64,000 nt of DNA from Eledone cirrhosa (GCA_964016885.1 OZ024743.1:6324001-6388000), one strand, 5' to 3'. Shown: positions 13,826-28,544, numbered from the stretch's first letter. The notes: generated by a model not told the origin, from the sequence alone. Numbers and translations: made by a program.

Positions 13826-14055
13826 CAGTGACGGCGGAACTGGGGGAGGGGCATGTCCCCTCCAATAATTATATTTTCTCCGCGAACTACCAAAACACCA
13901 TCTCTTTGGATATGCGCTACAATTTGTGTACATGTGTTTATCGCATATCGAAGTTTTCTGACCATTTTAGAGAGCAAAGAGCTAAACTAATCACTACAAC
14001 TATATTATACAAATTTGCCTCCCCCACCAATTCAGAAATGCTTCCACCGCCCCTG
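13826..14055. mobile_element. MITE with CAG-type TIRs (hAT-like)
   Basis: CAGTGACGGCGGAA ... TTCCACCGCCCCTG imperfect TIRs. Confidence 0.55.
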
Positions 14056-15247
14056 CATCGCGGTTATCTTTAGCACTCTTTATGACCAGTCATGTAAAAT
14101 ACCTGCCCCTCTCTAGGACGTTAGATGTTAGCACCATGTATTTTTATTCGGGCGTCTTGCTTGGACAGATAGCTAGTCAATGTACATCGTGAAATGTATA
14201 TACAAGAGACCCAATCTTCTCACTGATAAATGGAAGTCCTTGTTGGTCTTAATTGTGTTTATTACAAGAATCGATTATAAACTTCATGTTCTAGATTTCC
14301 ATGAAACGGCCGTATGAGAAATTTTATTTAAGTGGGTACATTTATTATTTGCTGTTCTATATATATAGTTCATCTGAGTTCTTAAAAAATCACTTATAAC
14401 TTCCTTTACGCTTCCTTACTGTTTTTATAATATAACTAAGTGGTTATTCTTTTGTAAACTCTCGAAAATTTTCCATAAATTTAGAATTATTTGGATGTTT
14501 AAAATTTTTGACTTACAACTTTTAATCAAATAAACTATACTAGATTTGCTCTAATGTAAAATAATATATATTTATTTAAATAATTTATAATCCTTAACAT
14601 ACACATTTAAACTAATTATTAAATTATTAAATTAAATCGTTAATATTAAGGTAAATTTTAATCTTTAATTTTTATTTCTAATTTTTTTATTTTAATTTTA
14701 TTCTAATTTTTCAACCTATCATTATAAATATAATCAAAACATAATGAATCCTGCATTATAAATATTATTCTTCCACGTTATTCTCATTTCTTCTCTCACG
14801 TAAATATACTTACGCTGTATTTATCCTTTGAAATGCATTTCTTCTCTCACTTAAATATACTTACGCTGTATTTATCCTTTGAAACTCTTCTCTTCATGCA
14901 CGCTATTTTCACTGTCAATATATATAATCGTTCTTTCTTTCCTCTTCTATCTTTCTCATTTCTTTCTTCTTTTTTTCTTTTTTTTCTTTTTTTCTTTTTT
15001 TCTTTTTTTCTTTTTTTCTTTTTTTCTTTTTTTCTTTTTTTCTTTTTTTCTCCCATATCACCTTCTTCCAACGGTTTAATTTAAATAAACCGTTATCTTT
15101 TCAACCTTTCGGACACCCATTTGCATACTCACTCATAATTTTCTATCACCTTCAATAAATATAATATCTCCACTATCCAGGAAGCTCCAACCGTTAAGGT
15201 TGTCTTTTTTTCCGGGTATGTCAATATTTATTTATAAAACAAATCTG

Positions 15248-15314
15248 TATTTTATCTGATGAAAGCGCACCATAATTTGCCTTGGTGGCCCCTTGAAATA
15301 TGTATAATAAAATA
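15248..15314 (+). ncRNA. Hammerhead ribozyme in solo PLE pLTR (15189-15352); family copies at 16267-16420 (-) and 52740-52900 (+)
   Basis: TATTTTAT-CTGATGA-stem II-GAAA-TATGTA-TA-ATAAAATA, with an 8-bp stem I. Confidence 0.7.
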
Positions 15315-15448
15315 AATATGGTTTTATAAATATAGTTTCCATTTATTAATATATTGTGTATTTACTCCACTAATTTGTTGAGTGCTTTATATCAGTTATA
15401 AAAATGTTTAAGCTTGTTGAATCTCAACAAATTAAATATAACCTCTGC

Positions 15449-15512
<64 letters not shown>

Positions 15513-16305
15513 AAATGTGTGAAATCCTTGATACAGTTAGGTATATTTAAAAAAAGGAAAAGAATGACTTCACTTATAGTTCTAAACAATTTGATTTAAT
15601 TTTATATTATGATTTGATAGATCTAGTAAGTCCTTTGTTAACTTCAGTGGGAAGATTTTTCAAGATTCCTGGTTAACTTTCCTGGAGAACTTTCTCGCAT
15701 TTGTCGGTGGCGATTATCACACGATAAACAACAGAGGCCATATGTTGTCCCTCTCCGATTAAAAACTTTTCCCCTCGGAAAACCCCCAGTTGATGGATGC
15801 TAAATCCGAAATATAGGGACAATTAAATCACTTCCAGGGTAACTCTATCTCGTGTTATTATTTTTACATTTTTTCCTACGTTCCTCTACACCCTCTACGT
15901 CTCAGTCTACATTTCCTCTTACATCTTTCTCTCTCTCTCTCTCTCTCAATCTCCCTCATTACCACCTGATTCTGTTACCCGTAGATTAACCCATCTGCAT
16001 TGTTGATGCTTCCAAAACGAACAAGTTTATATATGTATGTATGTATATATAGATACGCACGCACACACACACACATACCCCCCCCCCCCACACACTGTAA
16101 ATACACAATCTGCTTTTGTTTATTCCGGAAAAAGCTGATCAAACGTCAAAAAATGCTCTAAGTTTAATGTTCATTAATATTCATTGAGCTTTCTTTGTTG
16201 AGTAACATAGTCAATATATATTTTATATTTATAGATTAAACCTCATATATATATATATATATAAATGATATTAATAAATGTAAACTATATTTATAAAACC
16301 ATATT

Positions 16306-16366
16306 TATTCTATTATATATAATTCAAGGGTACCAACACATTGATACGCCCTCATCAGATAAAATA
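16306..16366 (-). ncRNA. Hammerhead ribozyme (degenerate GAAT) of the same pLTR family
   Basis: Minus strand TATTTTAT-CTGATGA-GGGCGTATCAA tgtg TTGGTACCCTT-GAAT-TATATA-TA-ATAGAATA. Confidence 0.6.
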
Positions 16367-16473
16367 CAAAATGTGTTTTATAAATAGTGGCATACCCAGG
16401 AATCAGACCTTAACGGTTGAGGTTCCGTTTGCAGCCGAATAAAGTACTTCATTCGTTTGACAAACTTATTCAG

Positions 16474-16547
<74 letters not shown>

Positions 16548-16549
<2 letters not shown>

Positions 16550-17258
16550 AAAATTTAAATTAAATTAAGGGTGTCATGTCAGAGAGACATGCGCCATATC
16601 CATTGTAAAATATGCTCCAAGATTCCAATGAATAGATCCGAGCATCTTATATCAACTAGAAATTGATTGACATATATATCTAAAATAAATATATGAAACA
16701 ATCACAGGGGATAATCTGTAAAAGTGTGCAAGCACACACAGCTATGTGGGTAACTAATTAAAGTTTGACTAGAACTTCAAAAATAGATACCTTATAAATT
16801 GATTAATCTTCCTTGTATATATTTCATTAAAGAAATATATTTCACCAATTAATCGATCGGTAAACGAAAGTAGCCAAATCTTGGATTTTCAACAAGGAAG
16901 AAGACTTAACTATCTGTGTTTACACATCAAATTCAAATCTGTGACTAACTATTAGCACGTGTTGCATTTAACACATCGCGCCAGCTTCGTCCCAATGGCG
17001 TGAATAGGGTTATCGACAACTAGAAATAGCAGTCAAGTCCTTTCAACTGAGTTAGCTCTACAGTTATTTCTTTAATGAAATATATACAAGGAAGATTAAT
17101 CAATTTATAAGGTATCTATTTTTGAAGTTCTAGTTAAACTTTAATTAGTTACCCACATAGCTGTGTGTGCTTGCACACTTTTACAGATTATCTCCTGTGA
17201 TCGTTTCATATGTTTATTTTAGATAGATATATATGTCAATCAATTTCTAGTTGATATA
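16548..17258. mobile_element. Inverted-repeat insertion (arms 16648-16837 / 17065-17258) with left tail, probable PLE derivative
   Basis: ~190-bp reverse-complement arms; (TA)n on both sides; tail carries ATGCTC/GAGCAT bulged stem; weak CTGTAGA...GAAA core on minus strand near 17040-17063. Confidence 0.65.
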
Positions 17259-18095
17259 TATATATATATATATATAAAATATTAAAAAAATAATGAATAA
17301 AACAATGAAACAGTTCCTTATATTAAACAAAAAAAGTTCATTATTTAACGATCGTTTCTAGGATATATATGTGTTAGAATTGGCATGCATATTCAACAGA
17401 TCTATGTACAAAATTATACAAAATTATACAAACTATCAAAATTAAATATACATACCAAACACATATATATGCCGTCTTCAGAAATAATGAAATATATTTA
17501 TTGATAATAACAACAATTCAAAATTACAGGTCTGTTTGGGAACAGAGTTCAAATTGACCAATGAAAATACAAAAAGTTTATACAGTTAGGTGTGTGTATA
17601 TATATGTAAGTAACTTCGTTCACAGATATGCATAAAGATATATGTTCACATTCATACGCATGTCAAAAAGATGTATGTAAATACAAAAATTCAAGGCTAA
17701 TGTCTCTGTATGTTTATAATCTACAGATAAAATACGTACACACATACATAAATATAAAATAAATATATACACACATTCATATACTCACACATATATGTAC
17801 ATTCACACACACACGCGCGTATACGCATAAACATACACACAACCACGAACATACATACACACATACACCCCCACACACATATATATGTGTGTATATACTA
17901 TTATCATAAGCATATGGACATTAATGCGCGCACATAAACACTGCCACACACATTTTTAGATCCAGATACAGAAAGTAGGTGGGGGGGGGGAGAAGAGGTC
18001 AGTATTACCGGTGTCAACAGACTGCCTATTTATAAATGTATCTATAAACTTAGAAATAAAAAGAAAAGAAAAGGAAAAAGAAATATATCAAGAAA

Positions 18096-18210
<115 letters not shown>

Positions 18211-18265
18211 CACATATATATAAACAAGTAAAATATAAAATATACATCGATATACATACATATTC

Positions 18266-18296
<31 letters not shown>

Positions 18297-18517
18297 CATG
18301 CATATACATACATATACATACACATATACACAAACACATACATACACATACATATACATACACACACCATATAAATACACATACACATACACACACGCAT
18401 ACATATAGAGACACATACATATACACATATAAATACATAGACATATACACATATACACACATATATATATATATACACATACACGCATACATATATATAT
18501 ATACATTCACAACACAC

Positions 18518-18563
<46 letters not shown>

Positions 18564-19013
18564 CTACACACATATATAAACACACTCATGTATATACACA
18601 CATACACATACACATACCCACATATAAACATATATATATATATACACACACATATACACATACATATATATATATATATACATACACACACATACATATA
18701 TATACACACATACATACACACACATACATACTCATACATAGACATACATATATACACACACACACATACACACATACATATACGCATATATACACTTACA
18801 TACACATCCATGTATGCGTATATACATACAAACAAACACCACCACACGCTCAACACAACTCAGACATACATAGATAAAGGGATATACATACACATATATA
18901 CATATATAAATAGAGATACATATACATATATAAATATATACACACGTACACACACAAACACACATACATATACATACATACATACATACATACATATACA
19001 CACACATACACAC

Positions 19014-19059
<46 letters not shown>

Positions 19060-19085
19060 ATATACACATACATATATACATATAC

Positions 19086-19138
<53 letters not shown>

Positions 19139-19329
19139 TATAAAAAAATAAAGAAATAAGATAAATAAATAAACAAATAAATAAATTAATACATACAGTC
19201 AGACAAATATGCACACACATACATATACATATATATATATACACATACACATATATATACATAGATATATATATATATATATACACACACATACATACAC
19301 ACATATATATACACATACACACATCAACT

Positions 19330-19375
<46 letters not shown>

Positions 19376-20780
19376 TATATATCTATATATATATACACAC
19401 ACTCACATATACATGCGCACATACGTACACATATACATATACACACACATACACATAGACATATACATGTGCATACATATACATACACACATATACCCAC
19501 ATAAATACATAGATACATATATACATACACATATATATACACATATATATATACACACATATATACATATATATATACATATATATATATACATACAATC
19601 ATACACCCTTATTTACATGCGCACATATGTATTTTTATACTCACATACAAACACCCAAACATACATACCTACCTACATATACATACATATATCCACGCTT
19701 ACAAATACAAATAATAATAGTAGGGGGGGGAGGGGATTATAGTAAATATAGGTTTCAAGAAACATAGAATATTAATCTGCATTTAGATCATAATATGTGT
19801 TTACATAGTTTCAGTATTAGGAAATGTAAGAAAGAAGGCAAAATTATGCATTTCAATATAAGTATACCATTAATTATAGGTTAACTAAACTAAAGATAGT
19901 TAATATATTGATTTCTAAGGTGTATACTACTTAGGTTTATAATATTTGAAGCGGAATTTTGAAGTTAAATAGTAGTAGAGTATTAATTATAGTATAACTA
20001 AAATAAAATTATTAACGTTATGGTATCAATATTAGGAAATGAATTTAGTAATAGGGAAAAACAAATAAAGTATTACATCGGTAGTAGAATATAAATTATA
20101 GGTTAACTAAATTAAAAACTATATATTAATTTCTATAGTATATGTTAATTAGGTTTATAATAATTAAAATAGATATTGTATTTTATCTATAGTAGAATAT
20201 AATTATAGGTAAACAGAAATTAAAATTAAAATTAAAATTAATACATAGACATATACATATACATATATATATACATATATATACATATACATACATATAT
20301 ATACATACATATACATATTTTTTCAAAAATTACAAAGAATATATTAACTAGGTATATATCCAAAACCTATCTCAGTCTATGATTACATGACACTCTGCAA
20401 TCCATCTGTATTAGGATATTAATTTTAAGCCAATTAAATTAAATTTTTAGGTTGACCAAATTTAAAACCAAATTATAAATATATTTCTAAAAATGTACAT
20501 TAATTAGGTCTATAATACTAAAAATTATTTCTCTGTCATTGAATACACGATATTTTGCTATATTTTATCTGTAAAGGAATTTAAATAAAAGGTTAAATAA
20601 ATTAAAATTAATCTATAAATTAATTTACGAAGTATATATTAGTAATATTTAAAAGTTTTTCACAATTTATGATTACGCAATATTTTATAATCTCATCTGT
20701 AGTAGAATTTTAATTAAATTAAATTTATAGGTTAACTAACATTTAAATTAAATTATATATTAATTTCTAAAATAATGTTA

Positions 20781-21029
20781 TTAATTAGGTTTATAATATT
20801 TAAATGTTTTTCTTAGTTTATGATTACACGATATAATTAATTCCTGTCGTTTATTTAATAGGATATCCTTAGATTTCATTATTTCAAATAGTTCTTGGGA
20901 ACATAATCTACATTCATTTCTATTATTTTGATAAGGGGTGGCTCTTTTGAGCACACTCCAGGTCAAATCATATTCTATATTCTTATTTTTATAACTATTG
21001 ATTTTTTCTGCTAGAGATGTTGTATTAGC
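20781..21029 (-). pseudogene. GIY-YIG endonuclease C-terminal fragment (Naiad-like)
   Basis: [47 protein letters not shown], essentially identical to the end of 34374-34977. Confidence 0.85.
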
Positions 21030-21068
21030 AACATATACAACTAGAGATGTTGTATATGTATGTGTGTG

Positions 21069-21121
<53 letters not shown>

Positions 21122-21354
21122 TATATGTGGGTGTGTATGTATATATATCTTTATATATGTGTATGTGTATGTGTGGGTATGTGTGTGTGTATATATATAT
21201 GTGTATGTATATATATATATATTTATGTATATGTATATATATATATATGTATGTGTATATGTGTGTGTATATATATATATATGTTTATATGTGGATATGT
21301 ATGTGTATGTGTGTATGTATGTATATACATGAGTGTGTTTATATATGTGTGTAG

Positions 21355-21424
<70 letters not shown>

Positions 21425-21645
21425 GTGTGTTGTGAATGTATATATATATATGTATGCGTGTATGTGTATATATATATATATGTGTGTATATGTGTATATG
21501 TCTATGTATTTATATGTGTATATGTATGTGTCTCTATATGTATGCGTGTGTGTATGTGTATGTGTATTTATATGGTGTGTGTATGTATATGTATGTGTAT
21601 GTATGTGTTTGTGTATATGTGTATGTATATGTATGTATATGCATG

Positions 21646-21684
<39 letters not shown>

Positions 21685-21733
21685 GTATGTATATCGATGT
21701 ATATTTTATATTTTACTTGTTTATATATATGTG

Positions 21734-21812
<79 letters not shown>

Positions 21813-22440
21813 ATGTATATATATATATATATATATTTTCTTGATATATTTCTTTTTCCTTTTCTTTTCTTTTTATTTCTAAGTTTATAGATACATTTAT
21901 AAATAGGCAGTCTGTTGACACCGGTAATACTGACCTCTTCTCCCCCCCCCCACCTACTTTCTGTATCTGGATCTAAAAATGTGTGTGGCAGTGTTTATGT
22001 GCGCGCATTAATGTCCATATGCTTATGATAATAGTATATACACACATATATATGTGTGTGGGGGTGTATGTGTGTATGTATGTTCGTGGTTGTGTGTATG
22101 TTTATGCGTATACGCGCGTGTGTGTGTGAATGTACATATATGTGTGAGTATATGAATGTGTGTATATATTTATTTTATATTTATGTATGTGTGTACGTAT
22201 TTTATCTGTAGATTATAAACATACAGAGACATTAGCCTTGAATTTTTGTATTTACATACATCTTTTTGACATGCGTATGCATGTGAACATATATCTTTAT
22301 GCATATCTGTGAACGAAGTTACTTACATATATATACACACACCTAACTGTATAAACTTTTTGTATTTTCATTGGTCAATTTGAACTCTGTTCCCAAACAG
22401 ACCTGTAATTTTGAATTGTTGTTATTATCAATAAATATAT

Positions 22441-22595
22441 TTCATTATTTCTGAAGACGGCATATATATGTGTTTGGTATGTATATTTAATTTTGATAGT
22501 TTGTATAATTTTGTATAATTTTGTACATAGATCTGTTGAATATGCATGCCAATTCTAACACATATATATCCTAGAAACGATCGTTAAATAATGAA
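22441..22595 (+). ncRNA. Type I hammerhead with 10-bp stem I and ~116-nt extended stem II (mirror copy 17337-17491 -)
   Basis: TTCATTATTT-CTGAAGA-...ATATATATGTGTT/AACACATATATAT...-GAAA-CGATCG-TT-AAATAATGAA. Confidence 0.75.
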
Positions 22596-22789
22596 CTTTT
22601 TTTGTTTAATATAAGGAACTGTTTCATTGTTTTATTCATTATTTTTTTAATATTTTATCTTGACTCTGTATTCCGTTTATCTTTCACCGAAAGTGATTTT
22701 TCATTGCATCTCTTCTTTCCATGATATCCGGATTACATTGAGTTCTTCATACGGATTGGACACTACCGTAAACTCTTGGTAGATTTATC

Positions 22790-22864
<75 letters not shown>

Positions 22865-22892
22865 ATAATATATATATACATATATATATATA

Positions 22893-23201
22893 GGCATACG
22901 TCAAAACGGCCGGTCTCAAAAGTGAAACTAATGTTTGACAGTTACGTACACGTTATAAGAGTTATTAAATTTATATATATAAAATAAAGGAGCAAATAAG
23001 AGCATGGTCATGTGTGTGTGTATGTGTGTGTGTGTGTGTGTGTGTAAACGAATGTAAAAGTACACACACATATACACTTATATATGCACACATACACACT
23101 ATAATATATACACGTGTGTGTATATATGTGTGTGTGTGTAAAATTCTAGGAAACCTTATCTATGCCCTACATATATTCTTTTACATTCGTTTACACACAC
23201 A

Positions 23202-23233
<32 letters not shown>

Positions 23234-23361
23234 TGACTAACTTCATATCATGCTCTTATTTGCTCCTTTATTTTATATATAGAAATTTAAATAACTCTTA
23301 TAACGTGTACGTAACTGTCAAACATTAGTTTCACTTTTGAGACCGGCCGTTTTGACATATG

Positions 23362-23363
<2 letters not shown>
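22893..23363. mobile_element. Foldback/MITE with ~170-bp inverted arms in (TA)n
   Basis: GGCATACGTCAAAACGGCCGGTCTCAAAAGTGAAAC... vs ...GTTTCACTTTTGAGACCGGCCGTTTTGACATATGCC; TA on both sides. Confidence 0.75.
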
Positions 23364-23414
<51 letters not shown>

Positions 23415-24048
23415 CTGTATAAGTTTGTCAAACGAATGAAGTATTTTATTCAGTTGCAATTTATAATTAAATATGAGAAGAGCTAATTGAAAATATTAAT
23501 TTTCTATGAGTTTTCTAAAATAGAGAAAGAGGAAGTGTGGTATGGAAGTGAAGAATAAATTTTATTAGAAAAAAATATAAAGTAAATATATATGAAGTCA
23601 AATAGAAGAAGAAGAATGTGGTTAGAATGTCTCCTTCTTCACACAGAGACAGAGAATGTATGGCAGGCTGGACATCTCCCAACACAGCCTATATGGATAA
23701 CACCAATGTAAATAAATAAACGTTGCGACTGTCACGTACAAAAGCAAAAACAACTGTTTAAGGCAAAATGCGATTCTCCTACAAAATAAAATCGCCTCTC
23801 GTGATATGTTGTCTCATGAATTTACACTTGTGTAAAACATATGCAGCTTTCTATCGGTTGACAGTTATCTTAATGCCCATTACATGGAGCATATATTTCT
23901 AAGTCAATCGTGAGTGAGGAATTAAAGCACCGATTAAGCAGATTATTTTCGTTTTCCTTAATTAACCAAAATCACAAGCGTCATACATACGAGTATATAC
24001 GATGTGTGAGTGCGTGTATGCACACACACACACACACATATTTATATA

Positions 24049-24580
24049 TGAATGTATGTATAGTATATTTGGCAATATACCGTATGTTTAATTAAACACA
24101 TTTAGAAGAACATACGCTATCAGTTTTCAAGTAGTGACTATGTCGCTTACTTCTTTTCGGCGAAAGAAGGGAGAGAAGCTGACAGTCTGTTTCACGCTGG
24201 TTGGCGTTCATTACAGCTAGTTACTCCCCTGCTTTCGCCGAAAATTATAGAAGCTGGGTTCTTATAGAATTCCAGTGTCAGCTTATTTCCCTTCTTTCGC
24301 CGAAAAGAAGTAAGTGACTATGTCACTACTTTAAAATTGATAGCGTATGGTCTTCTAAATGTTTTTAATTAAACATACGGTATATTGCCAAATATACTAT
24401 ACATACATTCACGTATACATCGCTATTTCAGAGCACCAATCCTAATACCTAATTTTTGCTGGACCGGCAATCGCTCTGTATAATCAGCTCCTGATTATTA
24501 CTGACATTTTATAAGAATTCAGTTTCTATAATTTTCGGCGAAAGCAGGGGAGTACGTGGCTTTGATGAACGCCAACCAGC
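24049..24580. repeat. Interleaved inverted repeats A(24049-24184) B(24196-24266) A'(24276-24411) B'(24510-24580)
   Basis: Reverse-complement matches read directly; each arm contains TTTCGGCGAAA or TTTCGCCGAAA. Confidence 0.75.
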
Positions 24581-25045
24581 AACCAACATCATGCTGAACG
24601 GAGAAAGACTTGAAAAAGTGAATACCTTCAAATACATAGGATCCACTCTGACGAATGATGGCAGATTTCAAAAGGAGATACTGACAAGACTTGCCTTGGC
24701 CACTTCTGCCATGGTAAAGCTGAATGTCATCTGGAAAGGCAACTCCATCAGTTTTCCAACGAAGCTCAAACTAGACTAGTCCTTGGTGACTTCGATCCTT
24801 TTGTATGGGTGTGAGAGTTGAACACTCCCAGCTGACATGGAACGAAGAATCCAGTCATTCGAACACAAATGCTTAGGAAGGTTACTACACATCCCATACA
24901 CGGAGCACAAAACAAACAGTATTGCAGGCAGCAAATTAACAAATATGCTGGCAGACAGGAGCCACTTTGCGATGGTGAAAAGACGGAAGATTGCCTGGTA
25001 TGATCATGTATCCCGCCACAACTCCTTGTCTAAAACCATCCTCCC
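24581..25045 (+). pseudogene. RTE-like LINE fragment
   Basis: LEKVNTFKYIGS, TKLKL, LLYGCES*TL, RIQSFEHKCLGRLL, WYDHV. Confidence 0.8.
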
Positions 25046-25345
25046 CAAGCGAGACCAGCCAAGCTCATAGATATTATTCAGCCACCTTGCCCGAGATCTG
25101 CTCCTGCCGGTTGGTTTTGACCGATTCTTTCCCGAGACATTCTAACCACATAGCCATAGTATCGAAGCTGTGATTTCTCAATACGGAGAAGAAGCAGCTC
25201 TACCTAGAGCGACTCTGATCTCTGAGCTACGCACTCTATCGAGTTACGTTACTCTAAAGACCCTTCGGAGACACCCCATTTTGGCCGCTTGTATTCGGGA
25301 TTGTATTCTTTCAGTCATTACCCAAGATTCATTATCATAGTTAAG
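25046..25345 (-). pseudogene. RTE LINE fragment, same family as 44640-44957 and 13370-13780
   Basis: cccaagcgagaccagc...gcgactctgatctctgagcta matches 44740-44952; encodes ESWVMTERIQSRIQAA. Confidence 0.75.
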
Positions 25346-26425
25346 GGTTGGCACGAATTCCGAATTTCATGTGAACACGAAACTAATAAGAAAAAAAAAA
25401 GAACGCAAAAACCAATAAATAAATGAATGAGGTGATAGGTCGGTTTCGTCTGATATGGCATAACTAATAGTTGACAGTGTAGTAGATACTGTCAAAGCAA
25501 TGAACCGTGGTAAGTTATGGAATAGTAGAATGGTAAAATGGAAACATGATGACAAAGAGCTGGCGCACCGAAAAGGCTGAATAGGGCCACATATAACAAT
25601 GCCGAATATCCTGCCTGAATAAAATATCAAAACATAAAATCTTAAATATAAGAATTCAATGTCAGAAATATGTTACGCAGTATGCAAATATTAAAATGTA
25701 AGTGCCAGCTTTGGTATCCAGTGTTCGTAAGCCAGAGACGAGGACGTCACTATGTATATATATATACAATACCTTAATGCTTCCAAATGCATATATTACA
25801 GCTCGGACATGACATATTTGCAACAGCTCTACAATACAATATAATACAATGTCAGGTGGCTGATATGAAGCTCGTGTTCCAGAAACCTAGTTTATGAATG
25901 TGATATGTAAAGTGCAAATCACAATGTTAAAAATTCATAATACAAAAGTTCAGGGTGTATAAGTCGTGATTCCAGAATACATAAATTTCAGTCGGCTTTC
26001 ACAATACAAATTACAAAATACGAATTACAATATTCAAAGTTCAGAATACAGTATTGAATGTACATAATATAGGTCCGGCTATTACAATAATACACTTGGG
26101 TACTTAGCGTTCTTATCCAAGGCAGAGTGACAGGATGTGGCGACGTCGACTTAACCATGCACTTTATGACCTCCATCCCGTATACGAGTATCTGGGGGTC
26201 GTGGGTCCATGGGTTGTGTATATTCCCGTTCAATTCTGGCGGATACAACTTCCTGATCGGGCGATTAAGCTATGAAAATTTGGAGCATAGAATGTTCCGA
26301 ACAAGGCAGGGAGCATGAAATTACAACTACTGAGTGAAATTAGCTGGGGGTCAAGGAAATTAGATAGTGGATCGAAGGCCGTGATTCTCACTGTGACATT
26401 TCTTGGATATTATCTAAGGAGTTCA

Positions 26426-26620
26426 TAATCAATAATTGTTTCTACGTTTTGGCACAAGGCCAGCAATTACCCAGTGCATTACTGGTACTTTTTTTATCGA
26501 CCCCGTAAGGATGAAAGGCAAAATTAACCTCGGCGGGATTTGAACTCAGAATAGCAAGGGCCGTAACTCTATGCGTCAAAGCATGGCGTTCGACCCTTTA
26601 CCATTACTGCCAATCCACCA
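26426..26620 (-). mobile_element. tRNA-related SINE with Nin/Deu-like central domain
   Basis: Reverse complement of gagttcaaatcccgccgaggttaa...gcctttcatccttacggggtcgataaa...gtaccag; further copies at 43383-43545, 44958-45095, 45395-45610, 57585-57722. Confidence 0.75.
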
Positions 26621-26749
26621 GTTCATAATCAATAATGAAGACAGCATGTAATTGGAAAGGTGAAGAAATGAAGACGGGTGTACCAGCTAAGAATTCTGAT
26701 GGCCTAGATCATTGGACATTATCTGGTTTGCAGATGGAATTCCACTGGG

Positions 26750-26960
26750 GTAAGAATGTGGTTAAACAACTGTAGTTTACATTGCGCCAAGGTGATAGCT
26801 GGCAAAGTAAAGATTTTTAGTTTCTATCACACACAAGTTACATTTAGCACTGCACTCCTTATATACCTTCGCCTTCAAGACTACACTCCACTTTATGGTA
26901 GGGTTCTCTATACTGCTGTCCTTCAGCTTCCAGGTGTATTTTGGCAATGACAATTGCAAA
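26750..26960 (-). pseudogene. Degenerate Naiad-like GIY-YIG C-terminus
   Basis: LPKYTWKLKD...IKWSVVLKAKVY...KCNLCVIETK parallels the EN at 34374-34977. Confidence 0.6.
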
Positions 26961-27519
26961 TATAGTAAACATAGATACGCACACAATAAAAAATGTACTT
27001 AACACGAAACTCATTCAAGCTTTGTTCGAATTAGAATATGACAACATTGTAATATGAAAAAGTGACAAGTGTAATATTTGTTGTCAGACACAAAAAAGAA
27101 TACCTCGCAAAAATTAACAATCCATTCAATCACAACAGATTTTAAAGGACCCGGGGAAAAATTAAATCTAAATAAATTACTCCTGCAAATACACAAATAT
27201 AATCAATCACACCTCTTCATATAATTACGGGACAGTAAAAATAAACAAACATAACCCCCTGCGAATAACAAACTTTCAAATATGTATATTAACACAGAAC
27301 TACTACTATGAGTTCATAAAAATCATAGTAGAAACAAACTAAAGTTGCAACATATGCAACTCAGACGTACAAAGCCTGTTTATCAATGTTTCCGATATAG
27401 AACTATATTAGACAAAGTATGTGTAGTAAGATTGTGTAAAATATTGCTATCAAAGTGAACCTACTAGGTAACACATACATTAAATTGTACTGAAAGGTTT
27501 GAGCGCCATATTAGCTCAG

Positions 27520-27685
27520 ATAGCAACATATGGCTGAGTGGTTAAGGATTTCGCTTCGCAATATGTCGGATCTGGGTTAGTCCCGCTGCATGACACCTTG
27601 GACAAATGTCTTTTACTATAGCCTCGGGTCGACCGATCCCTTGTGAGTAGAATTTGGTAGACGGAAACTGCAGAAGTCTCTCGTT
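27520..27685 (+). mobile_element. tRNA-derived SINE head (octopus-type); related pieces at 56655-56740 (-), 52440-52630 (+), 60650-60780 (-)
   Basis: A-box-like tggctgagtgg; caccttggacaaatgtcttttactatagcctcggg...ttggtagacggaaactg body recalled from octopus SINEs. Confidence 0.6.
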
Positions 27686-28028
27686 TCACCACACTGTCCG
27701 TTAAACCAGAATGATAAAACATGGCGATAGAGATATTCCTCAAATTTATAAAAACCCGGAAAAATTCATTTCAACTGATTTTCTGTAAATTCAAATTATG
27801 ATATGGTTTCGTTGATTTCTATTGCTTGGTTTGAGTTAATTTTTTATGTGACTATAAATTGAAATAAGTTTATACCACTCTGAAGGAGGTATTTTGTGTA
27901 TGAATCGCTCGAAGTCCGTTCATTAACGAAAACAAGTTGATCGTTTGCGACACTTAGATGAATTCATTTCACAATCTACCAGAATTAACTGTTTTTAATG
28001 ACAGTGGGTTGATTTTCTTCAAATGCCT

Positions 28029-28063
<35 letters not shown>

Positions 28064-28544
28064 AATATATATATATATATGAATACATCTAAGAATGAGT
28101 TTTACACACATACATATGTGTGCATATGTATTTGTATGTGTGTTTGTGTATATGTATGTATATGTATGTGTATATATGTGTATATTTGGGAGGGTCATGT
28201 TGCCAATAAGAAACACACGCACCAGTCGCTTTCACTTCAATTTATTATAATAAATTTATAATAAATTTATAAATTTATAAATTTCTGGTTGGTTGGTTGG
28301 TTGGTTCCACAACCAGATAGTTGTTTATATATTGTCATAGTTCTTTCGTCACACACTCTGTGACCTCTTCAGTGACTGTGGATTTCTTTCTTTGTTTCTG
28401 TGCCTCTCCTTTGTTCTGTCCTACGCCATTTTGTTTCCGTGTGTGTGTTGTGTGCTCAGTCTGCGCATGCGCCACATCCGGGTGTCTGTGTGTGTTTATG
28501 TTCATTTATTTATTTGTTTATTTACATGTTACTGGTTGGTTGTT

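Noticed and set aside
14833-15084. Lys/Arg-rich or Phe-rich ORFs
   Set aside because: Translation of a (T7-8C)n simple repeat.
27520-27600. tRNA gene
   Set aside because: Degenerate SINE head; no complete cloverleaf.
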